This document shows, piece by piece, positions 40,184 to 50,203 of a stretch of DNA of 64,000 bases. The translations under genes and the position numbers were made by a program. A model generated the notes under the pieces. The model had not been told where the DNA came from, did not search any database, and was given only the letters and a program-made list of their open reading frames with translations. Location of the stretch: contig CAWGVS010000006.1 of NCBI GenBank assembly GCA_963826115.1, forward strand, positions 512,001-576,000. The letters run 5' to 3'. This stretch comes from an uncultured Candidatus Rokubacteria bacterium (GTDB lineage: Bacteria > Methylomirabilota > Methylomirabilia > Rokubacteriales > DASRDR01). Every line of letters begins with the position of its first letter. Positions within the stretch are counted from its first letter, which is position 1.

Positions 40184-40684
40184 CTAGCCGGGCCGGCGCG
40201 CGGGAACGCGCTGCGACATGATCAGCCGGCCGGACACCGTGAACGCCTCGATCTCGACGTAGTGCTGCGTCTCGCGGCCGGCGCCGTTCGCGTGGCCGAC
40301 TTCCATCTCGACGCGCGCGGGGGGATGGGGGAACCGCGGTAGCTCGAGCTCGACCGATTCGGAGCAGGTCGGGCAGCGGTGCGTGACGGCGCCGTTCCGC
40401 GCGCTGACTGCCGGGGTTGCCGCCCGGGCGGGCTGGGCGACCGCGGAGGCGTCCTCGGACACGGCCGCCACCGAGAGGAGCGCGATGGGGCGCGGGCGCC
40501 GCCGGTCGTTCGTGCGACGGTCCATGGCGGGGCCGAGGCTCCCGCGTCGCCGCTCGCGGCTCCGCCGGTCCAGGAGCACCTCGACCCCCGAGCCCTCGAG
40601 TCGCTGGCGCAGGACCTCGTAGAGGGCGTGCTCGTTCGGCTTGACCACCAGGAACCAGTGAGGCTTCGATCCGTTGGTGCCCAT
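40184..40684 (-). CDS. Hypothetical protein with DRR..ERR repeats and a CxxC module
   Basis: VEVLLDRRSRERRR..MDRRTNDRRR, HRCPTC; consensus sigma54 promoter immediately upstream. Confidence 0.72.
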   Translation of the reverse strand: MGTNGSKPHWFLVVKPNEHALYEVLRQRLEGSGVEVLLDRRSRERRRGSLGPAMDRRTNDRRRPRPIALLSVAAVSEDASAVAQPARAATPAVSARNGAVTHRCPTCSESVELELPRFPHPPARVEMEVGHANGAGRETQHYVEIEAFTVSGRLIMSQRVPARRPG

Positions 40685-40698
40685 CGCGGTAAAACCGA

Positions 40699-40714
40699 AG
40701 CAACGTACATGCCA
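40699..40714 (-). promoter_or_regulatory. sigma54 -24/-12 promoter
   Basis: TGGCAT-GTACG-TTGCT on minus strand, about 15 nt upstream of ATG 40684. Confidence 0.8.
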
Positions 40715-40829
40715 CGGTGAAAGTGCCCGTAAACAGGAGGGAAGGCTGACTTCAGGCGCCCGGTCGGCGCGCCTGGAGCGGGAGGACTTCCACGGGCCGG
40801 GAACTTCACCGCACCCCGGGACGGGGTGC

Positions 40830-41729
40830 CTACTGCGTGCGCAGTCGAGGATCGAGCGCGTCGCGGAGCGAATCGCCGAACAGATTGAAGGCGAAGACCG
40901 CGAGGCTGATCGCCAGGCCCGGGAAGATGCCCATCCACGGCGCGGTCTCGGCGAACTCCACCGCCGCGCCCCGCAGCATGAGGCCCCACGCGGCCGTCGG
41001 CTCCTGCACGCCGAGACCGAGGAACGAGAGCGACGCCTCGAGGAGGACCGCCTGGCCCACGAAGGCGGTCAGCATGATCAAGAACGGCGCCATCACGTTC
41101 GGGAGCATGTGCCGGAAGATGATCCGCCCGTGGCCGTAGCCGGCCGCGCGCGCGGCGTCGACGTACGGCATCTCGCGGACGGCGAGGGCACTCGAGCGGA
41201 CCACCAGGGCGCAGCGCGGGATCATCGGGATCGTGATCGCCAGGATGACGTTGAAAGCGCCGGTCCCGAGGATCACCACCACCGCGAGCGCCAGGATGAT
41301 GATCGGCAGCGACAGGAACACGTCCATGATCCGCTGGAGGATCAGGTCGAACCGCCCGCCGAAGTACGCGCTGGCCACGCCGATGACGGCGCCCAGCGTC
41401 GCGCCGATGGTGGAGGCGCCGAACCCGACGAGGAGCGCGGTGCGCGAGCCGAAGAGGAGGCGCGAGTAGACGTCCCGCCCGTGCGCGTCGGTGCCGAGCC
41501 AGTGCTGCGCGCCCGGCGGCGAGAGCATGGCCCCGTAGTCGTTCGCCAGGGGGTTGTGCGTGGCGAGGACCGGCGCGAAGACGGCGACCAGCACGGTCAG
41601 CACGATGAAGGCCGCGCCGAGGGTGCCCAGCGGGCGGTGACGGACGAACTGCCGGACCGCGTCGAACCGCGGGGCCGCCGCCTCGGCGGCGGGGATGTCG
41701 GCCAGCACCGCGGGCGGATTGACGGCCAT
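40830..41729 (-). CDS. Peptide ABC permease (DppC-like)
   Basis: HWLGTDAHGRD, YVDAARAAG, GDSLRDALDPR. Confidence 0.93.
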   Translation of the reverse strand: MAVNPPAVLADIPAAEAAAPRFDAVRQFVRHRPLGTLGAAFIVLTVLVAVFAPVLATHNPLANDYGAMLSPPGAQHWLGTDAHGRDVYSRLLFGSRTALLVGFGASTIGATLGAVIGVASAYFGGRFDLILQRIMDVFLSLPIIILALAVVVILGTGAFNVILAITIPMIPRCALVVRSSALAVREMPYVDAARAAGYGHGRIIFRHMLPNVMAPFLIMLTAFVGQAVLLEASLSFLGLGVQEPTAAWGLMLRGAAVEFAETAPWMGIFPGLAISLAVFAFNLFGDSLRDALDPRLRTQ

Positions 41730-41775
41730 CAGGCGTCGCGGGGGGCGCGGAGACGGGTCGCGCGGCCGGCGGCCG

Positions 41776-42732
41776 TCACCGGTACCGGATCCGCGGGTCG
41801 ATCCAGGCGAAGGCCAGGTCGACCAGGAAGTTCACGAAGATGAACGTCGCCGCCACGATGAGCACGAGCGCCTGCGTCAGCGTGTAGTCCCGGTGCGCGA
41901 TCGCCTGGACGAACAGGAGGCCAAGGCCGTTCAGGTTGAAGACCTGCTCGGTCACGACCAGGCCCCCGAGGAGGAAGGCGAATTCGAGCGCGATCACCGT
42001 CAGGACCGGGAGCATGGCGTTCTTGAGCGCGTGGCGGCTCAGGATGAGCCGCTGCCAGAGCCCCTTGGCCCGCGCGGTGCGGATGTAGTCCTCGCGGAGC
42101 ACCTCGAGCATGGCCGAGCGGGTCATCCGGGTCGCGACCGCCGAGTACCGGTAGCCGACGGCGAGCGCCGGCCACACCAGCTGCTCGAGGTTCTGCCAGG
42201 GGTTCACCCAGAACGGCGTGTACACCATCGGTGGGAGCCACCGGAAGATCACCAGGAGCCCGAGGATCATGAGGATGCCCAGCCAGAACGACGGCATCGC
42301 CAGCCCGGCGATCGAGAAGATGCGCACCGCGTAGTCCACCCAGGTGTCCTGGCGGAGGGCGGCCAGGATGCCGAGCGGGACCGCGAGCACGGTGGCCACG
42401 ACGGTGGCCATCAGCGCGAGCTGGAGCGACAGCGCGAAGCGGAGCTTGACCTCCTCCGTGATCGGCGAGCCCGTCCACATCGAGCGCCCGAGGTCGAGCC
42501 TGAGGAGCCCCCCGAGGTAGGCGGCGAACTGGCGCCAGATGGGCTTGTCGAGGCCGAGCTTCGCCCGCTCTTCGTCGAGCATCTTCTGGTCGACGAACTG
42601 GTTCTGGCCGCTGGCGAAGCGCATCTCGACGACGTCGCCCGGCAGGACCCGCAGGAGGACGAAGATGAGCACCGCCACCCCCAGGAGGGTGGGGAACATC
42701 AGGACGACACGCGTGAGGACGTAGCGCGTCAT
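41776..42732 (-). CDS. Peptide ABC permease (DppB-like)
   Basis: LGLDKP, DYIRTARAKGL, HALKNA, DPRIRY. Confidence 0.93.
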   Translation of the reverse strand: MTRYVLTRVVLMFPTLLGVAVLIFVLLRVLPGDVVEMRFASGQNQFVDQKMLDEERAKLGLDKPIWRQFAAYLGGLLRLDLGRSMWTGSPITEEVKLRFALSLQLALMATVVATVLAVPLGILAALRQDTWVDYAVRIFSIAGLAMPSFWLGILMILGLLVIFRWLPPMVYTPFWVNPWQNLEQLVWPALAVGYRYSAVATRMTRSAMLEVLREDYIRTARAKGLWQRLILSRHALKNAMLPVLTVIALEFAFLLGGLVVTEQVFNLNGLGLLFVQAIAHRDYTLTQALVLIVAATFIFVNFLVDLAFAWIDPRIRYR

Positions 42733-42872
42733 GGGGTCAGCCTCGACCTCCCGGCACCTCGGTCGCCATCCTCGGGCGCCGCGCCCTCCCGGAGCGCCCC
42801 GCGCGAGGGACGTGGCCGCCGCCCCCGGGGGCGGCGGCCGGTCTGAACCTTACCGCTCCGTCCCGGCGCGCG

Positions 42873-44489
42873 CTACTCGGTGAGCCACACCGTGTCGAGC
42901 TGGTTGTTCAGGTAGTGGCTCGGCGTGATCTGCCATCCCTTGACCTTCGAGCTGTGCGGCACGATCCGGTGCCACTGGAGCGTCAGGATGTAGTGCGCTT
43001 CCTCGTCGAGGAGCCGCTTCTCGAACTGCTTGATCAGCGTCTTCCGCTCGTCGGGGGACGACGCCCGCGCCTGCTTGTCGTAGAGGTCGTCCAGCACCCG
43101 GTCCGTGTACCGCCCGTAGTTGGCCGGGTTCTTGTCCGTCGAGATGAACTTGTACATGTCGAGGTCGGGCTCGACGATGTAGCCGCACTGGAAGTCCATC
43201 GCGACCTGGAAGTCGCCCGCCCGGAGCGGCGTGTAGTACGCGGCCGCCTCGATGACCTCCTGGTTCACGTTCACGCCGATCTGGCGCCACTGGTCGATCA
43301 TCCAGATGGCCAGCGGCTCGTAGGGCATGGGGATGCCGCGGTTCTTGAACGTAAAGGTGAGATTCTCGGCGCCGGCCTCCTTCAGGAGGCGGCGCGCCTC
43401 GGCGCGCGCAGCGTTGATGTCGTGCCCGTAGCCGGCCAGCTTGTCCAGCTCCGCGGGGGGCGTGGCGTACGGCGTCCCGGGGACCTGCACGCCGGCGACG
43501 TCCTTCACGATCGCGATGCGCGACAGGGCCTTCGAGCCCTCGTAGCGGTCCAGGGCCAGGGTGAGCGCCTTGCGGACGCGCTTGTCGTCGAAGGGCTTCT
43601 TCTCGTGGTTGATGACGCCCATGAGGATGCAGTCCCACGGGCTTTCCTGGACCGTGATCTTGTTCCCCAGCGCCTGCACCAGGCTGTCGCGCTCGGCGGG
43701 GCTGAAGCCGCGGAACTGGATGTGGCCCCGCTCGCCGCGGATCATCGCGACCTGCGCGGCCGACGACGCGACGAAGACCGCGCGGAAACCGTCCAGGTAG
43801 GGCTTCCCCTTGTCCCAGTAGTCGGGGTTCTTCTTGCCCACGACGTGGGAGCCCTTCACGTGCTCCACGAACTTGAAGGGCCCGGTGCCCATGACGTTCT
43901 TCTCGTACCAGTGGATGTCCTTGGCCAGGATCTCCGCCCGGTAGATGAAGTTGTAGGGCGACGAGAGGGCCAGCATGAACGAGCTCTCCGGGTACTTGAG
44001 GCGGAAGCGCACCGTGGAGGGGTCCGGCGCCTCGATCGCCTCGACCGAGCGGTACTGGCCCTTCCGGCTCGACCCGACGCCGGCCGGCGGGAAGACGATC
44101 TTGTCGTAGGACGCCTTGACGTCCGCCGACGTCATCACGGCCCCGTCGTGGAACTTGACGCCCGGACGGAGCTTGAACGTGTAGGTGAGCCCGTCCTTCG
44201 AGACGGTCCAGCTCTCGGCCAGGTCACCGACGGGCTTGGTCCCGGTCGGGTCGGTCGGGTCGACCCGGAGCAGCGTGCTGTAGAAGGGCGCGAACGGGTG
44301 GATCAGTCCGAAGGTCTCCTCGCGGTGGCCGTCATAGGACGGGGGCTCCGACGGCACCGGGAAGACCAGCTCGCCCCCGGAGCGGGGCTGCTGCTGCGCC
44401 CCGGCCGGAAGCCCGGTCAGGACCAGGGCCAGGGCCAGGAGCGCGGACAGGGTCGTGTTGGCGAGGAACCTCGATCGCGTCATCGCCAT
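42873..44489 (-). CDS. Peptide/nickel ABC substrate-binding protein (family 5)
   Basis: Signal peptide, GDLAESW, VKFHDG, GTGPFK, PFDDKRVRKAL. Confidence 0.92.
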   Translation of the reverse strand: MAMTRSRFLANTTLSALLALALVLTGLPAGAQQQPRSGGELVFPVPSEPPSYDGHREETFGLIHPFAPFYSTLLRVDPTDPTGTKPVGDLAESWTVSKDGLTYTFKLRPGVKFHDGAVMTSADVKASYDKIVFPPAGVGSSRKGQYRSVEAIEAPDPSTVRFRLKYPESSFMLALSSPYNFIYRAEILAKDIHWYEKNVMGTGPFKFVEHVKGSHVVGKKNPDYWDKGKPYLDGFRAVFVASSAAQVAMIRGERGHIQFRGFSPAERDSLVQALGNKITVQESPWDCILMGVINHEKKPFDDKRVRKALTLALDRYEGSKALSRIAIVKDVAGVQVPGTPYATPPAELDKLAGYGHDINAARAEARRLLKEAGAENLTFTFKNRGIPMPYEPLAIWMIDQWRQIGVNVNQEVIEAAAYYTPLRAGDFQVAMDFQCGYIVEPDLDMYKFISTDKNPANYGRYTDRVLDDLYDKQARASSPDERKTLIKQFEKRLLDEEAHYILTLQWHRIVPHSSKVKGWQITPSHYLNNQLDTVWLTE

Positions 44490-44654
44490 GGGCAGACCTC
44501 CTCAGACTGGGTTCGCGTGGGCCGGCCGGTAGCGTTCGACGCGCCCGGCGCGGTGCCAGCCGAGACCGTTTGACGACGTTCCGCTGCTCTCGGGGCCGTC
44601 TCACAGCCGCCCTCGCGGCGATGCTCGCGGCCACCTTTCGGGAAGGATGGATTC

Positions 44655-44684
44655 AGGCTAGCCGCCCCCCCGCGGCCCTGTCAA
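44655..44684 (-). promoter_or_regulatory. sigma70-type promoter for the SBP gene
   Basis: TTGACA-N18-TAGCCT on minus strand. Confidence 0.5.
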
Positions 44685-44750
44685 GGTCCGACCACCGGAC
44701 CAGAAGACCGAGAACGGGGTCCGGGCGCGCCGGTGGCGGGGCGGCCACCC

Positions 44751-45740
44751 TCAGACGAGGTGGCACGCCGCCCGGTGCCCCGGGCGGACCTCGCGGAGCT
44801 CGGGCCGCGCCTGCCGGCACTGGTCCACGGCGATCGGGCAGCGTGGGTGGAAGGCGCAGCCGGACGGGGGGCGGAGGGGGCTCGGCACCTCGCCGTGGAG
44901 GACCAGGCGCTCCCGGCCCGCCTCGACTTCGGGATCCGGGATCGGGACGGCCGACAGGAGCGCCTTCGTGTACGGGTGGAGCGGCGACTCGTAGAGCGCC
45001 TGGCGGTCCGCCAGCTCGACGACCCGGCCCAAGTACATGACCGCGACCCGGTCCGAGATGTGGCGGACCACCGAGAGGTCATGGGCGATGAACAGGTAGG
45101 TGAGGCCGAACTCCCGTCCGAGGTCCTCGAGCAGGTTGATGATCTGCGCCTGGATCGAGACGTCCAGCGCCGACACTGGCTCGTCGCAGATGATCAGCGA
45201 CGGCTCGAGGGCGAGGGCCCGGGCGATGCCGACCCGCTGGCGCTGGCCGCCCGACAGCTGGTGGGGATAGCGGCGCTCGTGCTGCGGGAGGAGCCCCACG
45301 TGCTCGAGGAGCGCGCGGACGCGCGCGGCCCGGGCGGTCGCGTCCGGGACGATCCCGTGGACGTGGAGCGGCTCGGCGACGATCTGCCCGATGGTCATCC
45401 GCGGGTTGAGCGAGCTGTACGGGTCCTGGAAGATGACCTGCATCTTCCGCCGGACCGGGCGGAGCGCCTCGGGGCGGAGCGTGGTCAGCTCCTGGCCCTC
45501 GAAGCGGATCGACCCGCTCGTCGGCCGCTCGAGCTGGAGGATGCAGCGCCCCGTCGTCGTCTTGCCGCACCCCGACTCCCCGACCAGCCCGAGCGTCTCG
45601 CCCCGCCGAATCTCGAAGCTCACGCCGTCGACCGCGCGCACGGCGCCGACCTGGCGGCCGAGGAACCCCGCCGTGACCGGGTAGTGCTTGACGAGGTCCC
45701 GGACCTCGAGGAGGGCGCCGTTCCCCGCCGCGGCGCTCAT
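44751..45740 (-). CDS. Oligopeptide ABC ATP-binding protein (OppF/DppF-like)
   Basis: C-terminal part of track ORF 44751..46661; [26 protein letters not shown]-terminal C.FHPRC...ACH. Confidence 0.93.
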   Translation of the reverse strand: MSAAAGNGALLEVRDLVKHYPVTAGFLGRQVGAVRAVDGVSFEIRRGETLGLVGESGCGKTTTGRCILQLERPTSGSIRFEGQELTTLRPEALRPVRRKMQVIFQDPYSSLNPRMTIGQIVAEPLHVHGIVPDATARAARVRALLEHVGLLPQHERRYPHQLSGGQRQRVGIARALALEPSLIICDEPVSALDVSIQAQIINLLEDLGREFGLTYLFIAHDLSVVRHISDRVAVMYLGRVVELADRQALYESPLHPYTKALLSAVPIPDPEVEAGRERLVLHGEVPSPLRPPSGCAFHPRCPIAVDQCRQARPELREVRPGHRAACHLV

Positions 45741-46744
45741 GGCGCGGCCCCCGCGACCAGCTCGCCCACCAGCCGCTCCGCCTCCCAGCAGGCGCTCACG
45801 TGCCCGTCCTGGCCCACCGGGCGCAGGACCGGCCGCTCCGCGTCGCACCGGGCGACGCGGAACGCGCAGCGGGGCGCGAACGCGCAGCCGCCGGGGAGGC
45901 GCGAGAGGTCGGGCGGCTGACCGTCGATCGGGTCGAGCCGCTCCCGGCGGGGGGCGTCGAGCCGCGGCACCGAGCGGAGGAGACCGAGCGTGTAGGGGTG
46001 CCGCGGGCGGGCGTAGAGTGCGCGCGCCGTGCCCTGCTCCACGATGCGCCCGGCGTACATCACGTTCACGCGGTCGGCGTAGCGGGCGACCACCCCGAGG
46101 TTGTGGGTGATGATGAGCATCGCCGCCCCGAACCGCCGCGACAGCGACTTCATCAGCTCCAGGATCTGCGCCTGGATCGTCACGTCGAGTGCGGTCGTGG
46201 GCTCGTCCGCCAGCACGAGCGCCGGCTCGCAGGCGAGCGCCATCGCGATCATCATGCGCTGGCGCATCCCGCCGCTGAACTGGTGGGGATACTGGCGGAG
46301 CCGCCGCGCGGGGTCGGAGATGCCCACCATCTGGAGGAGCTCCTCGGCCCGCGCCCGCGACCGCGCGGCGTCGGCCCCGAGATGGATCTCGAGCCCCTCG
46401 GTGAGCTGGCGCCCGACGGTGAGCACCGGGTTGAGCGACGTCATGGGCTCCTGGAAGACCATGGCGATCTCGCGCCCGCGCACCCGGCGCATCTCCTCCT
46501 CGGAGAGCCGCAGGAGGTCGCGGTCCCGGAACCAGACCTCGCCGCCGACGACCCGGCCGGCCGGGGGGCTCACCAGGCGCATGACGGAGAGGGCGCTGAC
46601 GCTCTTGCCGCACCCCGACTCGCCGACGAGGGCCACGGTCTCGCCCTCGCGGACGTCCCACGACACGTCGTCGACGGCTCGGACGACGCCGCCCCGCGTC
46701 GCGAACTGGGTGCTCAGATGGCGTACGTCCAGGAGGGGCGCCAC
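45737..46744 (-). CDS. Oligopeptide ABC ATP-binding protein (OppD/DppD-like)
   Basis: [32 protein letters not shown]. Confidence 0.94.
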   Translation of the reverse strand: MAPLLDVRHLSTQFATRGGVVRAVDDVSWDVREGETVALVGESGCGKSVSALSVMRLVSPPAGRVVGGEVWFRDRDLLRLSEEEMRRVRGREIAMVFQEPMTSLNPVLTVGRQLTEGLEIHLGADAARSRARAEELLQMVGISDPARRLRQYPHQFSGGMRQRMMIAMALACEPALVLADEPTTALDVTIQAQILELMKSLSRRFGAAMLIITHNLGVVARYADRVNVMYAGRIVEQGTARALYARPRHPYTLGLLRSVPRLDAPRRERLDPIDGQPPDLSRLPGGCAFAPRCAFRVARCDAERPVLRPVGQDGHVSACWEAERLVGELVAGAAP

Positions 46745-46836
46745 GGCAGGCGCCAGTCTAGCAAAATCGGGAGGGGGCTGCGATCATCGCGGGTGAGTGG
46801 GAAGGGGCCGGGCCGCGCGCCCGGCGGGAGGCTCTC

Positions 46837-48429
46837 GTGACCGGTGCCCAGCTCCTGATCCGCTGCCTCGAGCGGGAAGGCGTGCGCTACGTCTTCGGCG
46901 TGCCCGGCGAGGAGACGCTCGATCTGAACGACGCGCTCCTCGACTCGTCGATCCGCTTCGTCCCGGTCCGGCACGAGCAGGCGGCGGCCTTCATGGCCGA
47001 CGTCTGGGGGCGCCTCACGGGCCAGGCGGGGGTGTGTCTGGCGACCCTCGGCCCGGGCGCGACCAACCTCACCACCGGGCTCGCGGACGCCGACCTCGAC
47101 CGGGCGCCGGTCGTGGCCATCACCGGGCAGCTCGCGCGGGGCCTCCTCCACAAGGAGTCCCACCAGTACGTCGACATCGTCGAGGCGTTCCGGCCCTTCA
47201 CGAAGTGGAACGCCCGGATCGAGATGGGCGAGGTCATCCCCGAGGTCGTCCGGAAGGCCTTCAAGCTCGCCCAGGAGGAGAAGCCGGGCGCCTGCCACCT
47301 GGAGCTCCCCGAGGACGTGGCCGAGGAGCCGGTCGACGGGGAGCCCCTCCGGGTCGACAAGCCCCGCCGGCCGTCGCCTGACCGCCCGTCCCTCGCGCGG
47401 GCGGCCGACATCGTGAACCGGGCGGCCCACCCGCTGATCCTGGCGGGCAACGGCGTGATCCGCGGGCGCGCCGCGCGGGAGCTCCGCCACCTGGCCGAGC
47501 GCGCCCAGATCCCGGTGGTGACCACGTTCATGGCCAAGGGCGCGCTCCCGGCCGACCACCCGCTCATGGTCGCCACGGTCGGGCTCGCCGCCGAGGACAT
47601 CGAGCGCGCCGGGTTCACGAAGGCCGACGTGGTGATCGCCGTGGGCTACGATCCCGTCGAGTACGGCCCCGCGCGCTGGAACCCGTCGGGCCACCTCCGC
47701 GTCGTCCACGTCGACTTCACGGCCGCGGAGGTCGACGCGCGCTACCAGCCGGACGTCGAGGTCGTGGCCGACGTCCGTGAGGCGCTCGAGCTCCTGGCGC
47801 CGCTCGTCGGCGTCCGTCCCGAGGCGCGGCCCCCGGCGCCCCGCGCCGCCGACCCGCGCCGGCGGTCGGACGCCTTCCCGGTGCTCCCCCAGCGCGTGAT
47901 GGACGACCTCGAGGCCGTCCTCCGGCCGGAGGACCTGGTCGTCTCGGACGTCGGCGCCCACAAGCTCTGGGTCGCCAAGGCGTACGGCGCGCGGCTCCCC
48001 AACACGGTGATCATCTCGAACGGCTTCGCCGCCATGGGGATCGGGCTGCCGGGGGCGATCGCCGCGAAGCTCGCCGAGCCCCAGCGCCGGGTCGTCACCG
48101 TCACGGGCGACGGCGGCCTCCTCATGAACGTCCAGGAGCTCGAGACCGCGCGGCGCCTCGGTCTCGCGTTCGTGGTCCTGGTCATGCGCGACGACGGCTA
48201 CGGCGTCATCCGCTGGAAGCAGCTGAAGCGCTTCGGGCGCACCGCGGGCGTGGACCTCGGCAACCCCGACCTGGTCGCGCTGGCCGAGGCGTTCGGCTGC
48301 CGCGGCTTCCGTGTCGAGTCGGCCGGCGCGCTCCGGCCGGCCCTCGAGGCCGCGCTCGCCTCGCCGGTGCCAGCCCTGGTCGACTGCCCGGTCGACTACG
48401 CCGAGAACGACCGCCTGGCGGAGCTGTAA
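46837..48429 (+). CDS. Acetolactate synthase large subunit-like ThDP enzyme
   Basis: FGVPGEE, RHEQAAAF, TLGPGATN, HKESHQ, SNGFAAMG, GDGG. Confidence 0.9.
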   Translation: MTGAQLLIRCLEREGVRYVFGVPGEETLDLNDALLDSSIRFVPVRHEQAAAFMADVWGRLTGQAGVCLATLGPGATNLTTGLADADLDRAPVVAITGQLARGLLHKESHQYVDIVEAFRPFTKWNARIEMGEVIPEVVRKAFKLAQEEKPGACHLELPEDVAEEPVDGEPLRVDKPRRPSPDRPSLARAADIVNRAAHPLILAGNGVIRGRAARELRHLAERAQIPVVTTFMAKGALPADHPLMVATVGLAAEDIERAGFTKADVVIAVGYDPVEYGPARWNPSGHLRVVHVDFTAAEVDARYQPDVEVVADVREALELLAPLVGVRPEARPPAPRAADPRRRSDAFPVLPQRVMDDLEAVLRPEDLVVSDVGAHKLWVAKAYGARLPNTVIISNGFAAMGIGLPGAIAAKLAEPQRRVVTVTGDGGLLMNVQELETARRLGLAFVVLVMRDDGYGVIRWKQLKRFGRTAGVDLGNPDLVALAEAFGCRGFRVESAGALRPALEAALASPVPALVDCPVDYAENDRLAEL

Positions 48430-48446
48430 GGGCCGCTCCGAGCCCG

Positions 48447-49097
48447 ATGGCCTTCCGCCTGCCGCGCGGCGCGCGCCTGATCCGCTTCCCGTCGACCGAC
48501 GGCCTCCAGCTCGAGGGCCGCCTGACGCCGGGGAGCGCCGAGCAGGGCGTCGTCCTCTGTCATCCGCACCCCCTGTACGGCGGGTCGATGCTCACGCCGG
48601 TGATCCTGACGGTCGAGTCGGCGTTCCACGCGGCGGGGTGGACGACGCTCGCGTTCAACTTCCGCGGTGTCGGCGCGAGCGAGGGAAGCCACGGGGACGG
48701 GAAGACCGAGGTCGCGGACGTCGCGGGCGCGCTGGCCCACCTGCGCGGCGCGCTCGGCGGCGCGCCGCGGACGGTCGCGGTCGCGGGCTACTCGTTCGGG
48801 AGCCACGTGGGCGGCCGGGCCGCCGCGGCCGATCCCGGGGTCGGCTTCTACCTGGGCGTGGCGCCCGTGGTCCTCCGCTACGACTACGGATTTCTCCGTG
48901 AGGTCCGGGGACGCATCGGGCTGGTCGCGGGGGCGCGCGACGAGTACTCGGACGCGGCGCGCCTCGAGGCGCTGGCGGCGAGCCTGCCGGCGCGGCCATG
49001 GCTCCGCGTCCTCGACGCCGACCACTTCTTCGGGGATGTCCTCGACGACCTCGCCGCGGCGTGCGGCGAGGCCATCGCCTGGGCGACCGCGCCGTAG
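48447..49097 (+). CDS. Alpha/beta hydrolase
   Basis: HPHPLYGGSM, FNFRGVG.SEG, GYSFG nucleophile elbow, ADHFF. Confidence 0.88.
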   Translation: MAFRLPRGARLIRFPSTDGLQLEGRLTPGSAEQGVVLCHPHPLYGGSMLTPVILTVESAFHAAGWTTLAFNFRGVGASEGSHGDGKTEVADVAGALAHLRGALGGAPRTVAVAGYSFGSHVGGRAAAADPGVGFYLGVAPVVLRYDYGFLREVRGRIGLVAGARDEYSDAARLEALAASLPARPWLRVLDADHFFGDVLDDLAAACGEAIAWATAP

Positions 49098-49255
49098 CGC
49101 GCTCACAACGCCGGGCTGGTATCCTGGGGGTTGGACGCACCTGGGCTCGGGGAAGTGTCCGGTAGCCGACAGTCCAGGGCGTCGCGACGCTCTGGGGGCC
49201 GACCCGAGAATCGCCGGCCCGATGGGTCGTCAAACAGAGCAGGGAGGGCCGAGAC

Positions 49256-49831
49256 GTGAAGAAGCTGGTGGCCGTGGTGCTCGCGGCGTTGCTCCTCGTT
49301 CCGATGCTGGCCGGGCCGGCGCTGGCGGGGGGCGGGGGATGGCACGGTGGCGGCGGCTGGCATGGTGGCGGCGGGGGGCACGGCGGAGGCTGGCACGGCC
49401 ACGGCGGCGGCGGTTGCTGCTGGGGCTGGGGATGGGGCGGCTTCGCCGCTGGCGTCGGGATCGGCGCGCTCGCGACCGCGCCCCTCTGGTACCCGCCGGC
49501 CTACGCGTACCCGTATCCCGCGTACCCGGCCTACTCCTACCCGGCGTATCCCGCGTACTCGTACCCGGCCTACAGCTACCCGACGACTCCGCCGCCGGCC
49601 TACCCGCCGCCCCCGGAGTCGGGAGTCGCGCCCCAGACCGGCCAGTCGGCCACCGTGAACTACGGCGGCGCGCCGGCGCCTCCGACGCCCGCGGCTCAGC
49701 AGGCGCCGCCCGGCGGCGGTCAGAACTGCCAGACGCTGACGGTTGACGGGCACAACGAGACGCGGACCCTCCAGAACGGCCAGACGCTGACGGCGTGGAT
49801 CCCGACCTACACGCAGCAGCTCTGTCAGTAG
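49256..49831 (+). CDS. Secreted Gly/His- and Pro/Tyr-rich low-complexity protein
   Basis: GGGAGGG RBS, MKK signal peptide, GGGWH repeats, YPAY(S) repeats, short C-terminal Cys-bounded domain. Confidence 0.78.
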   Translation: MKKLVAVVLAALLLVPMLAGPALAGGGGWHGGGGWHGGGGGHGGGWHGHGGGGCCWGWGWGGFAAGVGIGALATAPLWYPPAYAYPYPAYPAYSYPAYPAYSYPAYSYPTTPPPAYPPPPESGVAPQTGQSATVNYGGAPAPPTPAAQQAPPGGGQNCQTLTVDGHNETRTLQNGQTLTAWIPTYTQQLCQ

Positions 49832-49833
49832 CC

Positions 49834-50163
49834 ATGAGCCGGGTCCCGCACGTGCGGCGATCGTTCCGCGGCGGGCGTCTCCTTGCGCTCGCGGGTCTCC
49901 TCGCGATCGGCGTCGGCATGGCTGGCTGCTACTACGTCGTGCCGGCTCCGCCCCCCGGCGCCATGCCCGCGCCCGGGCCGCCGCCCGCGGGCTGGGTGTA
50001 CGTCCCCGGCCAGTGGGTCTGGAACGGCGCGGCGTACGTCTGGCGCGCGCCCTACTGGGCCGCGACGCCTCCGTACGGCTCGGCTCCGATGCCGCCGCCC
50101 GGCGCCATGCCCGCGCCTCGTCCGCCGCCCGCCGGCGCCCCGCCCCCCGCGCCCAGGCCGTAG
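49834..50163 (+). CDS. Pro-rich lipoprotein with a YXWGXW-like repeat
   Basis: Lipobox MAG-C; WVYVPGQWVWNGAAYVWRAPYW; PPPGAMPAP twice. Confidence 0.72.
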   Translation: MSRVPHVRRSFRGGRLLALAGLLAIGVGMAGCYYVVPAPPPGAMPAPGPPPAGWVYVPGQWVWNGAAYVWRAPYWAATPPYGSAPMPPPGAMPAPRPPPAGAPPPAPRP

Positions 50164-50203
50164 GCGATCCGGCTCGTCAGCTCCGGCCCTCGCTCGTACT
50201 TCC

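Noticed and set aside
49325-49585. Short tandem DNA repeats as a CRISPR array or VNTR element
   Set aside because: They encode GGGWH and YPAYS peptide repeats; no constant repeat/unique spacer structure and no cas genes
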